Source: Gemmatimonadota bacterium | GTDB taxonomy: Bacteria; Gemmatimonadota; Gemmatimonadetes; Gemmatimonadales; GWC2-71-9 | Assembly: GCA_016713785.1 (NCBI GenBank) | Contig: JADJOM010000002.1 | Span: forward strand, 132,404 to 196,403 | DNA length: 64,000 bases | Reading direction: 5' to 3' | The notes under the pieces: model-generated | Database searches by the model: none | Seen by the model: the letters and a program-made list of their open reading frames with translations, nothing else | What the model was told of the DNA's origin: nothing | Part shown: positions 55,915-64,000 of the stretch, in pieces | Layout: each line of letters begins with the position of its first letter | How positions within the stretch are numbered: position 1 is the first letter of the stretch | Program-made: the position numbers and the translations under genes

Positions 55915-57525
55915 CTACTCACGCGGCCCCGCCGTCACCGTGCCGATGCCGCTCAGCCAGCTGTAGGGGTCGATCGTGAATCCCTCCACCCGCCGCGACA
56001 CCGCGGCCACGTTCACCGGGGCGTACAGGAAGAGCGCGGGCGCGTCGGCGTTGAGGGTGTCGAGGGCGGCGCGCCACGCGCGGCGTGCGGCCAGGAGGTC
56101 GGCGGCACCGAGCGCCTCGTGGAACAGCCGGTCGAAGGCCGGATTGGCGTAGCGGCCGTAATTGAGGATGCCGATCCCGGCCGCGGTCCACTGGTCGGCC
56201 AGGCCGCGCGGGCTCGGTTCGTCGAGCCACGCCCCGATGTAGCTGTCGAACTCGCCCTTCCCCAGCCGCTCCTGGAAGACCGGGAAGTCCACCGCGGTGA
56301 CCGTCACCTCCGCGCCGACCAGCCGCCACCGTTCCTGCAGCAGCTCCGCCAGCCGGCGGCGGCCCAGGCTGGTGGCGGGCACCAGGATGTCGAAGCCGAG
56401 CCGCGTCCCGGCGCGGGCGCGCACCCCGCCGGCGCCGCGGGGCCAGCCGGCGGCATCGAGGGCCTGCGCCGCGGCGGCGGTGTCGGAGGGGAGCGTGGCC
56501 ACGCTGTCGTCCCACACCCAGAGCAGCTGCGACATGGGGCCGGGTGGCGCCTTGGCGCCCTCGCCGAAGACCGTGCGGGCGATCGCCGGCCGGTCCACCG
56601 CCATGGTGAGCGCGCGCCGCACGGCGCGGTCGGCGAGGGGGCCGCCGCCGGGCCGCCGCATGGCCGCACCGCCCAGGTTGAAGCCGAGGAACCCGTAGGC
56701 CGCGGCGGGATAGGAAACGGTGCGGAGCCCGGAGTCGGCCGCGACGCGGGCCACCCGCTCCGGCGCGCCCACCGCCTCCAGGAGGTCCGCCTCGTGCGAC
56801 AGCACCAGGTTGAGCGCCGCGTCGGGGTCGGCGGCAAAGCGCCAGGTGAGCGTCCCCACGCCGGCGCGCCGCCCGCCCGCGGTGTCGGCCACCAGCGTGA
56901 GCGACTGCCCCCGCGCCCACGCCCCCATCCGGTAGGGCCCGCTGCCGATCACGTGCGCCACCGCGGTATCGCTGCCCCAGGTGCTGCGTTCCTGCCAGCG
57001 CCAGACATGCGCCGGGATCACCCGCACGTGCCAGGTGGCGTCGTACAGCTGCTCGGGATAGGCGCGCGCAAACTGCACCAGCACCGTGCTCGAGTCCTCC
57101 GCGCTGGCCGAGAGCTGGCCGGCGAGGGAGCCGCGGGCGGGGGTGTCGAGCACCGAGTCGGCGTACGACTCGAACGAGAAGACCACGTCGCCGGCGGTGA
57201 CCGGCTCGCCGTCGTGCCACCGGGCGCCGGGCCGGAGGTGGAACCGCAGGGTGAGGCTGTCCACCCGCTCCCATCGCGCGGCCAGCGCCGGCCGGTAGGC
57301 GCCGGTGTCGATCGGCGCGCCACCCGGGACCAGGTCGGCCAGCCGCTCGTACACCCGGTCGCCGATGTCGCGGCCCACCGTCTCGTAGACCAGCGGCGGC
57401 AGCAGCGCCTCCGGCTCGCCGGTGGCCGCGATCACCAGCTGGTCGCAGGTGGGGCAGGGACGGGCGTCGCGGCAGGCGAGCAGGGCGGCGAGGCCCAGGA
57501 GGACGAGACGGGAACGCGGGGGCAC
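55915..57525 (-). CDS. ABC transporter substrate-binding protein, family 5 (peptide/nickel type)
   Basis: Signal/lipobox LAALLAC. Family 5 pattern throughout. Confidence 0.8.
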   Translation of the reverse strand: MPPRSRLVLLGLAALLACRDARPCPTCDQLVIAATGEPEALLPPLVYETVGRDIGDRVYERLADLVPGGAPIDTGAYRPALAARWERVDSLTLRFHLRPGARWHDGEPVTAGDVVFSFESYADSVLDTPARGSLAGQLSASAEDSSTVLVQFARAYPEQLYDATWHVRVIPAHVWRWQERSTWGSDTAVAHVIGSGPYRMGAWARGQSLTLVADTAGGRRAGVGTLTWRFAADPDAALNLVLSHEADLLEAVGAPERVARVAADSGLRTVSYPAAAYGFLGFNLGGAAMRRPGGGPLADRAVRRALTMAVDRPAIARTVFGEGAKAPPGPMSQLLWVWDDSVATLPSDTAAAAQALDAAGWPRGAGGVRARAGTRLGFDILVPATSLGRRRLAELLQERWRLVGAEVTVTAVDFPVFQERLGKGEFDSYIGAWLDEPSPRGLADQWTAAGIGILNYGRYANPAFDRLFHEALGAADLLAARRAWRAALDTLNADAPALFLYAPVNVAAVSRRVEGFTIDPYSWLSGIGTVTAGPRE

Positions 57526-57565
57526 GCGGGCTCCTGGGAGCTGGGCGGGTTGGCGGATCGCGCGG

Positions 57566-58483
57566 CTACTGTGCCACGTACCGGATGGTGTCCGTGGCCA
57601 GCAGCGGGAATGAAGGCGCGATGGAGTACGGTCCGGCGGAGAAGGACGGCACCCAGGTGGTATCCCCGACCGTCACCGGCGCCCACGATGCGTAGACGGT
57701 GCCGCTCTCGTAGAACGCCAGGTCGTAGGGACCGGCGGGGATCCGCGGATCCTCCCGCCACAGGCCGTTCGCCTCCACGAAGCTCCCCTGGGCATGTATC
57801 GAGGGTGGTAGCCCCTCGATCACCAGCCGGACGAACCCCTCATAGGGGAGCAGAAGCACCGTGTCACGCGCCAGCACCGGACTGGCGACGGCCTCGATGA
57901 CCAGCGTGTCGAGCGAATAGACCTGCCGGATGAAGCCATCGACCACGGAGGTGCCGCGGAAGAAGGTGAGGGTGTACTGGCCCGGCCGGAGATTGGAGAA
58001 ACGGGCCGGCTGGCCCACCACGGCCACGCCGTGCAGCACCGTGTCGCTGCCGAGCCGGCTGCCGGTGAACCCCACCGCGGCGCCGGCTGGACCGCCGATG
58101 GCGATCACGAGAAAGCCCGCCGATGTCACCGCGTACTCCCCGGTGACCAGATACGGTGGATCGGCCGCGGCCACCACCGTGGTGTCGGCCGCGGCGGCAT
58201 AGGTGAAGCGGTCACCGCTGTCGGAGACGGTGCGTGGGTCCCACCGCACCACGTAGTCGCCGTAGGGGAGGCCGGGATGGCTTCGGGTCTCGGCGGCGGT
58301 CAGCGCCCCGGACAGCACCGGGGCGCCGTCACGCAGCACCGTGTACGGCGCGGTGTAGCCCGCCGGGATCCCGCTGGCAGCCACCGTAAGGACGCCGGTC
58401 TGGGCCCCACCGGATTCGCCCGTCCCTCCCCCGCCGCAGGCCGCGAGGAGCGCGGCCCCCGCGAGGCTCAGGCGCTTGGACAT
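57566..58483 (-). CDS. lipoprotein, function unknown
   Basis: Lipobox ALLAAC followed by a Gly-rich linker and repeated beta-rich modules. Confidence 0.7.
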   Translation of the reverse strand: MSKRLSLAGAALLAACGGGGTGESGGAQTGVLTVAASGIPAGYTAPYTVLRDGAPVLSGALTAAETRSHPGLPYGDYVVRWDPRTVSDSGDRFTYAAAADTTVVAAADPPYLVTGEYAVTSAGFLVIAIGGPAGAAVGFTGSRLGSDTVLHGVAVVGQPARFSNLRPGQYTLTFFRGTSVVDGFIRQVYSLDTLVIEAVASPVLARDTVLLLPYEGFVRLVIEGLPPSIHAQGSFVEANGLWREDPRIPAGPYDLAFYESGTVYASWAPVTVGDTTWVPSFSAGPYSIAPSFPLLATDTIRYVAQ

Positions 58484-58499
58484 GCGTCCTCCCAGGTGG

Positions 58500-59018
58500 T
58501 CAGGTGAGATACCGCTCGCGGATCACGGCCAGGTGGTGGATCTCGTGCCCCGCGATGATCCAGGCCAGCGCCCGGGCGCTCACCGGCTTCTGGCTGGCCG
58601 TGCCCATGCGCGCCAGCGCCTCGGCGTCCATGCCGTGGACGAGCGAAAGGGTGGCGTCGCGCACCGTGGCGAACTCCGCCGCCATGTCGGCGAGGCTGCG
58701 GCGCTCGAACTGGCCGTTGGGCACGTAGAGGTTCTCGTCGAAGCTCGCCAGCGGCGTGGCGTCCCCCCGCGCGATCCGCAGCAGCCGGTAGGCGAAGATC
58801 CGCTCGGCATCGGCCAGGTGACCGATCACCTCGCGCACGCTCCACTTCCCCGCGGCATAGCGGAACCCCGCCTTCGCCTCCGGAATCGCCGCGAGGAAGG
58901 CGGCGGTGCCGTGCCGCTGGGCCACGAGGACCGGCCGCGCGTCCTCGCCCGGGACCTTGCCGACATAGGTGCCGTAGTAGGGCGCAAACTCGTCGGCGGT
59001 GGGGCGGGCGATGGTCAT
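58500..59018 (-). CDS. DinB-family protein
   Basis: EVIGHLADAERIF and IAGHEIHH histidine motifs. ATG 59018. Confidence 0.8.
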   Translation of the reverse strand: MTIARPTADEFAPYYGTYVGKVPGEDARPVLVAQRHGTAAFLAAIPEAKAGFRYAAGKWSVREVIGHLADAERIFAYRLLRIARGDATPLASFDENLYVPNGQFERRSLADMAAEFATVRDATLSLVHGMDAEALARMGTASQKPVSARALAWIIAGHEIHHLAVIRERYLT

Positions 59019-59290
59019 GGCGACGATCCGCGTGAGGGGGTCAGCGGCCGGGTCCTGAGGGGTCGCCAGAGAGGATAGTCCACAGGAACGAAATGGCAAC
59101 TCTCCGGCGGCCAGGTACGATACCAGCCCAGGGCGTCCGGCCCAGGAACGGCCGCCCTGGCCTCCGGGTCACCCGGCGCGCAACGAATCATTACACCTGC
59201 CTCGTTCTATAGTGTTTCTTGAGCAGTGTGCTGGCTCACACCGCGTCCATAATTCAATTGTTTGCAAGAGTTTGGCTTACATGCCTGAAA

Positions 59291-59306
59291 TGGCCTGTCC
59301 ATTGCT
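59291..59306 (+). promoter_or_regulatory. sigma-54 -24/-12 promoter
   Basis: TGGCCTgtccaTTGCT with exact GG-N10-GC spacing. It lies 53 nt upstream of ATG 59359. Confidence 0.55.
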
Positions 59307-59358
59307 TTGTCAGGGGCCAGGAAGCAGAAGACACCGGACCACTCACAGGAGCCTGACA

Positions 59359-60129
59359 ATGACCCCGATCAAGTTCGGCCCGGCCGCCCTCGCCGCCGTG
59401 GCCCTCCTCACCGCCTGCGGCAGCGATGCCAGCGGGCCCGCCGTCTCCGGCCGGAAGGTGGCCTTCCAGCTGGCCACCAAGCCCGCCGGCGCCGCCCCGG
59501 CCCAGGCCGCCCTGGCGGGCCAGGAAGTGATTGCGGTCGGCAGCGACACGATCGTCCTGACCAGCGTGCAGCTGGTGCTGCGGGAGATCGAGCTCGACCG
59601 CGTCAGCGGCGCCGTCTGCGACAGCGGCGCGGCCGACGATGACTGCGAGGAGCTCGAGCTCGGCCCCGTCCTGCTCGACCTGCCCCTCGGCGCCGGCGCC
59701 GAGCGCCAGTTCTCCGTGGCCATCGACACCGGGTCGTACGACAAGATCGAGTTCGAGGTCCACAAGCCCTCCGGCGATGACGACTCGGCCTTCGTGGCCC
59801 AGCACCCCGGCTTCGACGGCGTGAGCGTCATGGTGACCGGCACCTGGAACGGCGTCGCGTTCACCTACACCTCCGACCTGGACGTGGAGCAGGAGTACAG
59901 CTTCAACCCGCCGCTGCTCGTCACCGAGACCACCGGCGCCAACGTGACCCTGTTCGTGGACCTGACCAGCTGGTTCATGAACCAGGCGGCCGACGGCCTC
60001 CTCGACCCCGCCCAGGCCAACAAGGGCGGCACCTACGAGGGCGAGGTCAAGAGCAACATCGAATCGTCGCTCAACGCCTTCGAGGACGACGACCGCGACG
60101 GCGAGGATGATCACGGCAGCGACAGCTGA
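59359..60129 (+). CDS. acidic lipoprotein A (possibly DUF4382-like), C-terminal DxDxDG calcium-loop motif
   Basis: AGGAG lies 8 nt upstream of the ATG. Lipobox LLTAC. Paralogue of 61256..62104. Ends FEDDDRDGEDDHGSDS. Confidence 0.8.
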   Translation: MTPIKFGPAALAAVALLTACGSDASGPAVSGRKVAFQLATKPAGAAPAQAALAGQEVIAVGSDTIVLTSVQLVLREIELDRVSGAVCDSGAADDDCEELELGPVLLDLPLGAGAERQFSVAIDTGSYDKIEFEVHKPSGDDDSAFVAQHPGFDGVSVMVTGTWNGVAFTYTSDLDVEQEYSFNPPLLVTETTGANVTLFVDLTSWFMNQAADGLLDPAQANKGGTYEGEVKSNIESSLNAFEDDDRDGEDDHGSDS

Positions 60130-60153
60130 CCGCGCGGGAGGGGGAAACCGGAG

Positions 60154-60185
60154 ACGGGAAGCGGGAGATCACCCCCGCTTCCCGT
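60154..60185 (+). terminator. intrinsic-terminator-like hairpin
   Basis: acgggaagcggg-(8 nt)-cccgcttcccgt followed by ttcccttttcccgttt. Confidence 0.6.
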
Positions 60186-60218
60186 TTCCCTTTTCCCGTT
60201 TCCCGGTAGCTTCCGGGC

Positions 60219-61094
60219 ATGCCCACCCGCGCCGCCCGCGGCATCCGCAGCGCCCAGCTCGGCCTCGTGGTGAACACGCTCCTCGCGATCACCAAGCTGG
60301 TCGCGGGCATCCTCGGCAACGCCTACGCGCTGGTGGCCGACGCCGTCGAGTCCACCGCGGACATCTTCTCCTCGCTGATCGTCTGGGGCGGGCTGCAGAT
60401 CGCCACCCGCCAGGCCGACGACGAATACCCCTTCGGCTACGGCAAGGCCGAGCCACTCGCGGCCACCGTCGTGTCGCTCCTGCTCATCGGGGCGGCGGCG
60501 GGCATCTCCGTCGAGGCGCTGCGCGAGATCCGCACCCCCCATCACACGCCGGCGCCGTTCACGCTCATCGTGCTGGTGGCGGTCATCGTGGTGAAGGAGG
60601 TGCTGTTCCGCCGGGTGCTCAAGGTGAGCGACGAGGTGAGCAGCACCGCGGTCAAGGCCGACGCCTGGCATCACCGCAGCGACGCCATCACTTCGGCCGC
60701 GGCCTTCCTCGGCATCAGCGTCGCGCTGCTGGGTGGGCCGGGGTGGGAATCGGCCGACGACTGGGCGGCCCTCGCCGCCGCGGGCGTGATCGTGGTCAAC
60801 GCCATCCGGCTGCTGCGACCCGCCATCGGTGACCTCATGGACAAGAGCCCCGGCGCGCACCTGCTGGAGCGCATCGGCGAGGCCGCGCGCGCCACGACCG
60901 ACGTCCGCCACATCGAGAAACTCAAGGTCCGCAAGGCCGGGCTGCAGTACTACGTGGACCTCCACGTGCAGGCCGACCCCGCCCTCTCCCTCCACGACGC
61001 CCACATTCTGAGTGGCCGGGTGAAGACCGCCATCCGGGCCGCCGTGCCCGAGGTGGCCGGGGTCCTGATTCACATGGAGCCCCATGAGGTGTAA
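60219..61094 (+). CDS. cation diffusion facilitator (CDF) family metal efflux transporter
   Basis: Six helices. ADAVESTAD in TM2, HHRSD (HxxxD) in TM5, and a C-terminal cytoplasmic domain ending LIHMEPHEV. Confidence 0.9.
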   Translation: MPTRAARGIRSAQLGLVVNTLLAITKLVAGILGNAYALVADAVESTADIFSSLIVWGGLQIATRQADDEYPFGYGKAEPLAATVVSLLLIGAAAGISVEALREIRTPHHTPAPFTLIVLVAVIVVKEVLFRRVLKVSDEVSSTAVKADAWHHRSDAITSAAAFLGISVALLGGPGWESADDWAALAAAGVIVVNAIRLLRPAIGDLMDKSPGAHLLERIGEAARATTDVRHIEKLKVRKAGLQYYVDLHVQADPALSLHDAHILSGRVKTAIRAAVPEVAGVLIHMEPHEV

Positions 61095-61188
61095 CATTCT
61101 GTTCCAGCTTGATCGTTTCGATCGGCGGGACGGACGCCACAACACGGCGCAAGTCATTGCAGGGTGATGCTTTATCGGTGCAGCCTCA

Positions 61189-61205
61189 GGGGCACTTGAG
61201 TTGCT
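61189..61205 (+). promoter_or_regulatory. sigma-54 -24/-12 promoter
   Basis: gGGCACttgagTTGCT with exact GG-N10-GC spacing. It lies 51 nt upstream of ATG 61256. Confidence 0.6.
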
Positions 61206-61255
61206 CCTTTCTCCGGCAGATGCGGTCCCCCTCACTCTGCCCGGAGACAGTTCCC

Positions 61256-62104
61256 ATGCCGAAGTCACTTCCGCGCCTGGCGGCGCTCTGCGGGATGGCC
61301 GGTGTGCTGACGGCCTGCAGCGGCGATGGCGCTGGTCCGACCACCGGTGCCCAGGTCACGTTCAACCTTGCGGTCGGCTCGACCGGTCCCGCGGTGCGCG
61401 GGTTGGTGAGCGACACCCTGACCGACGCCACCAACACGCTGGTGCTCGACAGCGTGCAGCTGGTGCTGCGGGACATCCGGTTCAAGCGGGTCGAGGACAG
61501 CGCGTGCGATGGCGATGACGACGAATCGGGGTCGCTCTTCGCGCTGGGCCAGCACGACGACAGCACGGACGACGATGATGGCGACGGCCACGACGGGCAC
61601 GCCGATGGCTGCGAGGCCTTCAACGCCGGGCCGTACCTGCTCGACCTGCCGCTCGACTCCACCGTGGAGAAGGCCTTCGCGGTGGCGGTGGACACCGGCA
61701 CCTACGACCAGGTGCGGATCAAGGTCCACAAGCCGTCCCACAGTGGGGGCGACCCGAAGGACGCGCAGTTCCTGGCCGACCATCCCGCGTTCGACGGCGT
61801 GAGCGTCCGGGTGGTGGGGAGCTTCAACGGCACGCCGTTCGTGTTCACCCAGGACATCGAGGCCGAGCAGCGGATGGACTTCGTGCCGGCGCTGGTGGTG
61901 GCCGATACGGTGTCGAACATCAATGTGACGCTGAAGGTGGACCTGGCGGGCTGGTTCAGCGACGGCGCCGGATCGCTGGTCGACCCGGCGACCGCCAGCA
62001 AGGGCGGGGCGAACGACCACCTTGTCCGGGACAACATCAAGGACTCCTTCCGCGCCTTCCGCGACGACGATCGCGACGGCGAGGACGAGTCCGGCGACGA
62101 TTAA
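61256..62104 (+). CDS. acidic lipoprotein B, paralogue of A with an expanded Asp/His-rich loop
   Basis: Lipobox VLTAC. Shares SVQLVLR.I, LLDLPL, VHKPS, HP.FDGVSV, NVTL.VDL..WF and F.DDDRDGED with protein A. Confidence 0.8.
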   Translation: MPKSLPRLAALCGMAGVLTACSGDGAGPTTGAQVTFNLAVGSTGPAVRGLVSDTLTDATNTLVLDSVQLVLRDIRFKRVEDSACDGDDDESGSLFALGQHDDSTDDDDGDGHDGHADGCEAFNAGPYLLDLPLDSTVEKAFAVAVDTGTYDQVRIKVHKPSHSGGDPKDAQFLADHPAFDGVSVRVVGSFNGTPFVFTQDIEAEQRMDFVPALVVADTVSNINVTLKVDLAGWFSDGAGSLVDPATASKGGANDHLVRDNIKDSFRAFRDDDRDGEDESGDD

Positions 62105-62109
62105 CCGGT

Positions 62110-62151
62110 CCCCCGGGGCCGGCCGGCGTGGGCGCCGGCCGGTTCCGGGGG
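62110..62151 (+). terminator. long GC hairpin after lipoprotein B
   Basis: 19-bp stem (two G-T wobbles) with a 4-nt loop. It starts 6 nt after the stop. No U-tract. Confidence 0.5.
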
Positions 62152-62197
62152 CCGCAGGAGAGAGCCGCTGCCCACAACGACCTGGACCCTCGCCGCG

Positions 62198-63511
62198 GTG
62201 CGGCTCTCCGACAGCTTCCGGACCACCCTCATCGACCTCGCGGCCGATGTGGGCGCGGCGCTGACCGAGTGGACGCCGGGCACCGGCGAGGCGCTGCCGG
62301 CGGGGAGCACCTGCCTCCTGGTGCTCGCGGGCGGGGCCGAGGGACCGGCCGCGGACCTGCTGCCCAGTCTCCCCGCGACGCTGCCCCGCTACGTGGTGGG
62401 GGCGGCGCCGGACCACCGGCTGGCGGCGGCGATGTTCCAGGGGGGCGCGCGGGACTATTTCGCCTTGCCCGAAGACCTGGGGCTGCTCCGCCGGACGCTG
62501 GAGCGGGAGCGGGGAGCGGCAACGGGCCGGGCCGACGCGGCGCAGTTCGCCGCCGGCGAACGCCGGCTCTCGGGGTTCGACGCGATCGTGGGCCGGAGCG
62601 CCACGCTCGCCCGGACGCTGGACCAGGCCCGGCGGGTGGCGCGGCACCGCGACGTGACGGTGCTGATCGGGGGCGAGACCGGCACGGGCAAGGAGCTGCT
62701 GGCCCGCGCCCTGCACTACGACAGCCCGCGGGCCGAGGCGCCGTTCGTCGAGATCAACTGCGCGGCGATCCCGGCCAACCTGCTCGAGAGTGAGCTGTTC
62801 GGGCACGAGAAGGGCGCCTTCACCGGCGCGGTGGGCGCCAAGCCGGGGCTGATGGAGCAGGCGCACGGCGGGACGGTCTTCCTCGACGAGATCGGGAACC
62901 TCCCGCTCGACCTGCAGCCCAAGCTGCTGCGGGCACTGGAGAGCCGGGAGATCCGGCGCGTGGGCGGGCAGCAGACCCGCAAGGTGGATGTGCGGGTGAT
63001 CGGCGCGAGCCACATCGACCTGGCGGCCGCCGTCGCCCGGGGGGAGTTCCGCGAGGACCTCTTCTACCGGCTCAACGTGGTGGCGCTGGTGCTGCCGCCG
63101 CTGCGCGACCGGGGCGAGGACGTCCTGGTGCTGGCGGAGGCGTTCGCGGCGCGGCTGGCCGCCCAGTACGGCCTGCCGGTGCCGGCCCTCGGTCCGGAGG
63201 CGCGCGAGGCGATCCGGGCCCACCCGTGGCCCGGCAACGTGCGCGAGTTGCGCAACGCCATCGAACGGGCGCTGGTGCTCTCGACCCCGGGCACCCTGGA
63301 GCTGGGCGAGCTCACGGCGCAGCGGGGCGCGGCGCCGGCACGGGACGGGGCGCTGCCCTTCCCCGCCACCCTGCGGCAGATCACCCAGGCGGCGGTACAG
63401 GGCATGCTGGAGCTGGTCAGTGGCAACAAGAGTGAGGCGGCGCGGCGGCTCGGGATCTCCCGCCCCCGCCTGCAGCGGATTCTCGATGGGCAGGGCGACG
63501 ACGACACCTAG
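62198..63511 (+). CDS. sigma-54-dependent Fis-family activator with degenerate receiver-like N-terminus
   Basis: [30 protein letters not shown] and a C-terminal HTH ([13 protein letters not shown]). GTG start. Confidence 0.9.
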   Translation: MRLSDSFRTTLIDLAADVGAALTEWTPGTGEALPAGSTCLLVLAGGAEGPAADLLPSLPATLPRYVVGAAPDHRLAAAMFQGGARDYFALPEDLGLLRRTLERERGAATGRADAAQFAAGERRLSGFDAIVGRSATLARTLDQARRVARHRDVTVLIGGETGTGKELLARALHYDSPRAEAPFVEINCAAIPANLLESELFGHEKGAFTGAVGAKPGLMEQAHGGTVFLDEIGNLPLDLQPKLLRALESREIRRVGGQQTRKVDVRVIGASHIDLAAAVARGEFREDLFYRLNVVALVLPPLRDRGEDVLVLAEAFAARLAAQYGLPVPALGPEAREAIRAHPWPGNVRELRNAIERALVLSTPGTLELGELTAQRGAAPARDGALPFPATLRQITQAAVQGMLELVSGNKSEAARRLGISRPRLQRILDGQGDDDT

Positions 63512-63554
63512 CGGGAGGGGCGCGGATGCCCGTCCCATGGCAGAGGAGCACCCA

Positions 63555-64000
63555 ATGCGATATCCCCTCCGTTCCCTCACCCTGGCCACGGCGCTGCTCG
63601 CCGCGGCCGGCGCCTGCGCCGACTCCACCGGCGGCGGCGGCGGCACGCCGCCCGACCAGCTCACCTACCTCACGCTGCCGGACACCGCGCCGGCACTCTG
63701 CGCCGACAGCACCGGCGGGTGGGCGGTGAAGGATCCCAATGCCCAGGACTTCGAGATCGCGCTCGAGTTCCCCGAGTCCGGGGACCCGGCCGACTGCCTC
63801 GGCGGCCAGACCGAGGACTTCATCCGCCTCAAGATCGAGAAGCTGGCCCTGCTGCGCCGGCCCGACGGCACGCTGATCTCCAACGGCGACTCGGTCTTCA
63901 TCAGCGTGAAGTGGGTGGGCAGCGACTCGATCCTCTTCGACCTCGAGCCCTCCGGCCTGACCTTTGACCCGGCCAAGCCCGCGGACCTCAAGATCGAATA
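63555..64000 (+). CDS. lipoprotein, 3' end outside window
   Basis: GAGGAG lies 6 nt before ATG 63555. MRYPLRSLTLATALLAAAGAC lipobox. Frame 3 is open to the window end. The ORF is absent from the track because no stop falls in the window. Confidence 0.65.
   Translation, partial: MRYPLRSLTLATALLAAAGACADSTGGGGGTPPDQLTYLTLPDTAPALCADSTGGWAVKDPNAQDFEIALEFPESGDPADCLGGQTEDFIRLKIEKLALLRRPDGTLISNGDSVFISVKWVGSDSILFDLEPSGLTFDPAKPADLKIE

Noticed and set aside
60195-60221. GG-N10-GC match (ccGGtagcttccggGCatg) in front of the CDF gene as a third sigma-54 promoter.
   Set aside because: Only the GG and GC dinucleotides match, and the -12 element would abut the start codon, leaving no leader or ribosome-binding site.

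Overview
High-GC (about 70% by eye) bacterial chromosomal window. Gene content hints at a Gemmatimonadota- or Acidobacteriota-like soil bacterium, but that is only a guess. I call about 60 protein-coding genes and recognise no rRNA, tRNA or CRISPR. All coordinates and motifs below come from reading the sequence by eye, and every family name is a recollection, not a search result.

**Layout**
- 0-22 kb: housekeeping and envelope genes. These include an M16 peptidase pair, a fatty-acid desaturase, an aldolase/SDR fusion, a Ser/Thr kinase with TPR repeats, a GH29 fucosidase, a PAS protein, an esterase, a DEDDh exonuclease, a PLP trans-sulfuration enzyme and azoR.
- 22.1-26.5 kb: pgm, a TAT-exported Gfo/Idh/MocA oxidoreductase and an IS256-family element. 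Together they carry five frameshifts, all in G/C homopolymer runs.
- 26.5-30 kb: repeat-dense non-coding DNA around a di-haem cytochrome c peroxidase and a small outer-membrane barrel protein.
- 30.0-39.6 kb (accessory island): a 1.5-kaa Sec-signal RHS/YD toxin with a membrane immunity gene, then two orphan RHS C-terminal toxin cassettes with their own immunity candidates. The cassettes are linked by three ~350-bp direct repeats. A sensor-less sigma-54 activator, repeated heptamers and -24/-12-like promoters lie directly upstream.
- 40-47 kb: a candidate periplasmic 3-keto-glycoside pathway (NupG-like MFS, DUF1080, GMC oxidoreductase with a TAT small subunit, TIM-barrel enzyme) plus a hybrid histidine kinase.
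- 47-59 kb: mixed enzymes and lipoproteins.
- 59.3-64 kb: two paralogous acidic lipoproteins, each behind a good sigma-54 -24/-12 promoter, bracket a CDF metal exporter. A second sigma-54 activator and a third lipoprotein follow.

**Main candidates for undescribed biology**
- The sigma-54 / acidic-lipoprotein / CDF module at 59.3-64 kb.
- The sigma-54-controlled RHS toxin array at 30.0-39.6 kb.

**Recurrent oddity:** G-rich 7- and 8-bp microsatellites sit on the sense strand directly after stop codons, and in most of these cases the first repeat unit supplies the stop.
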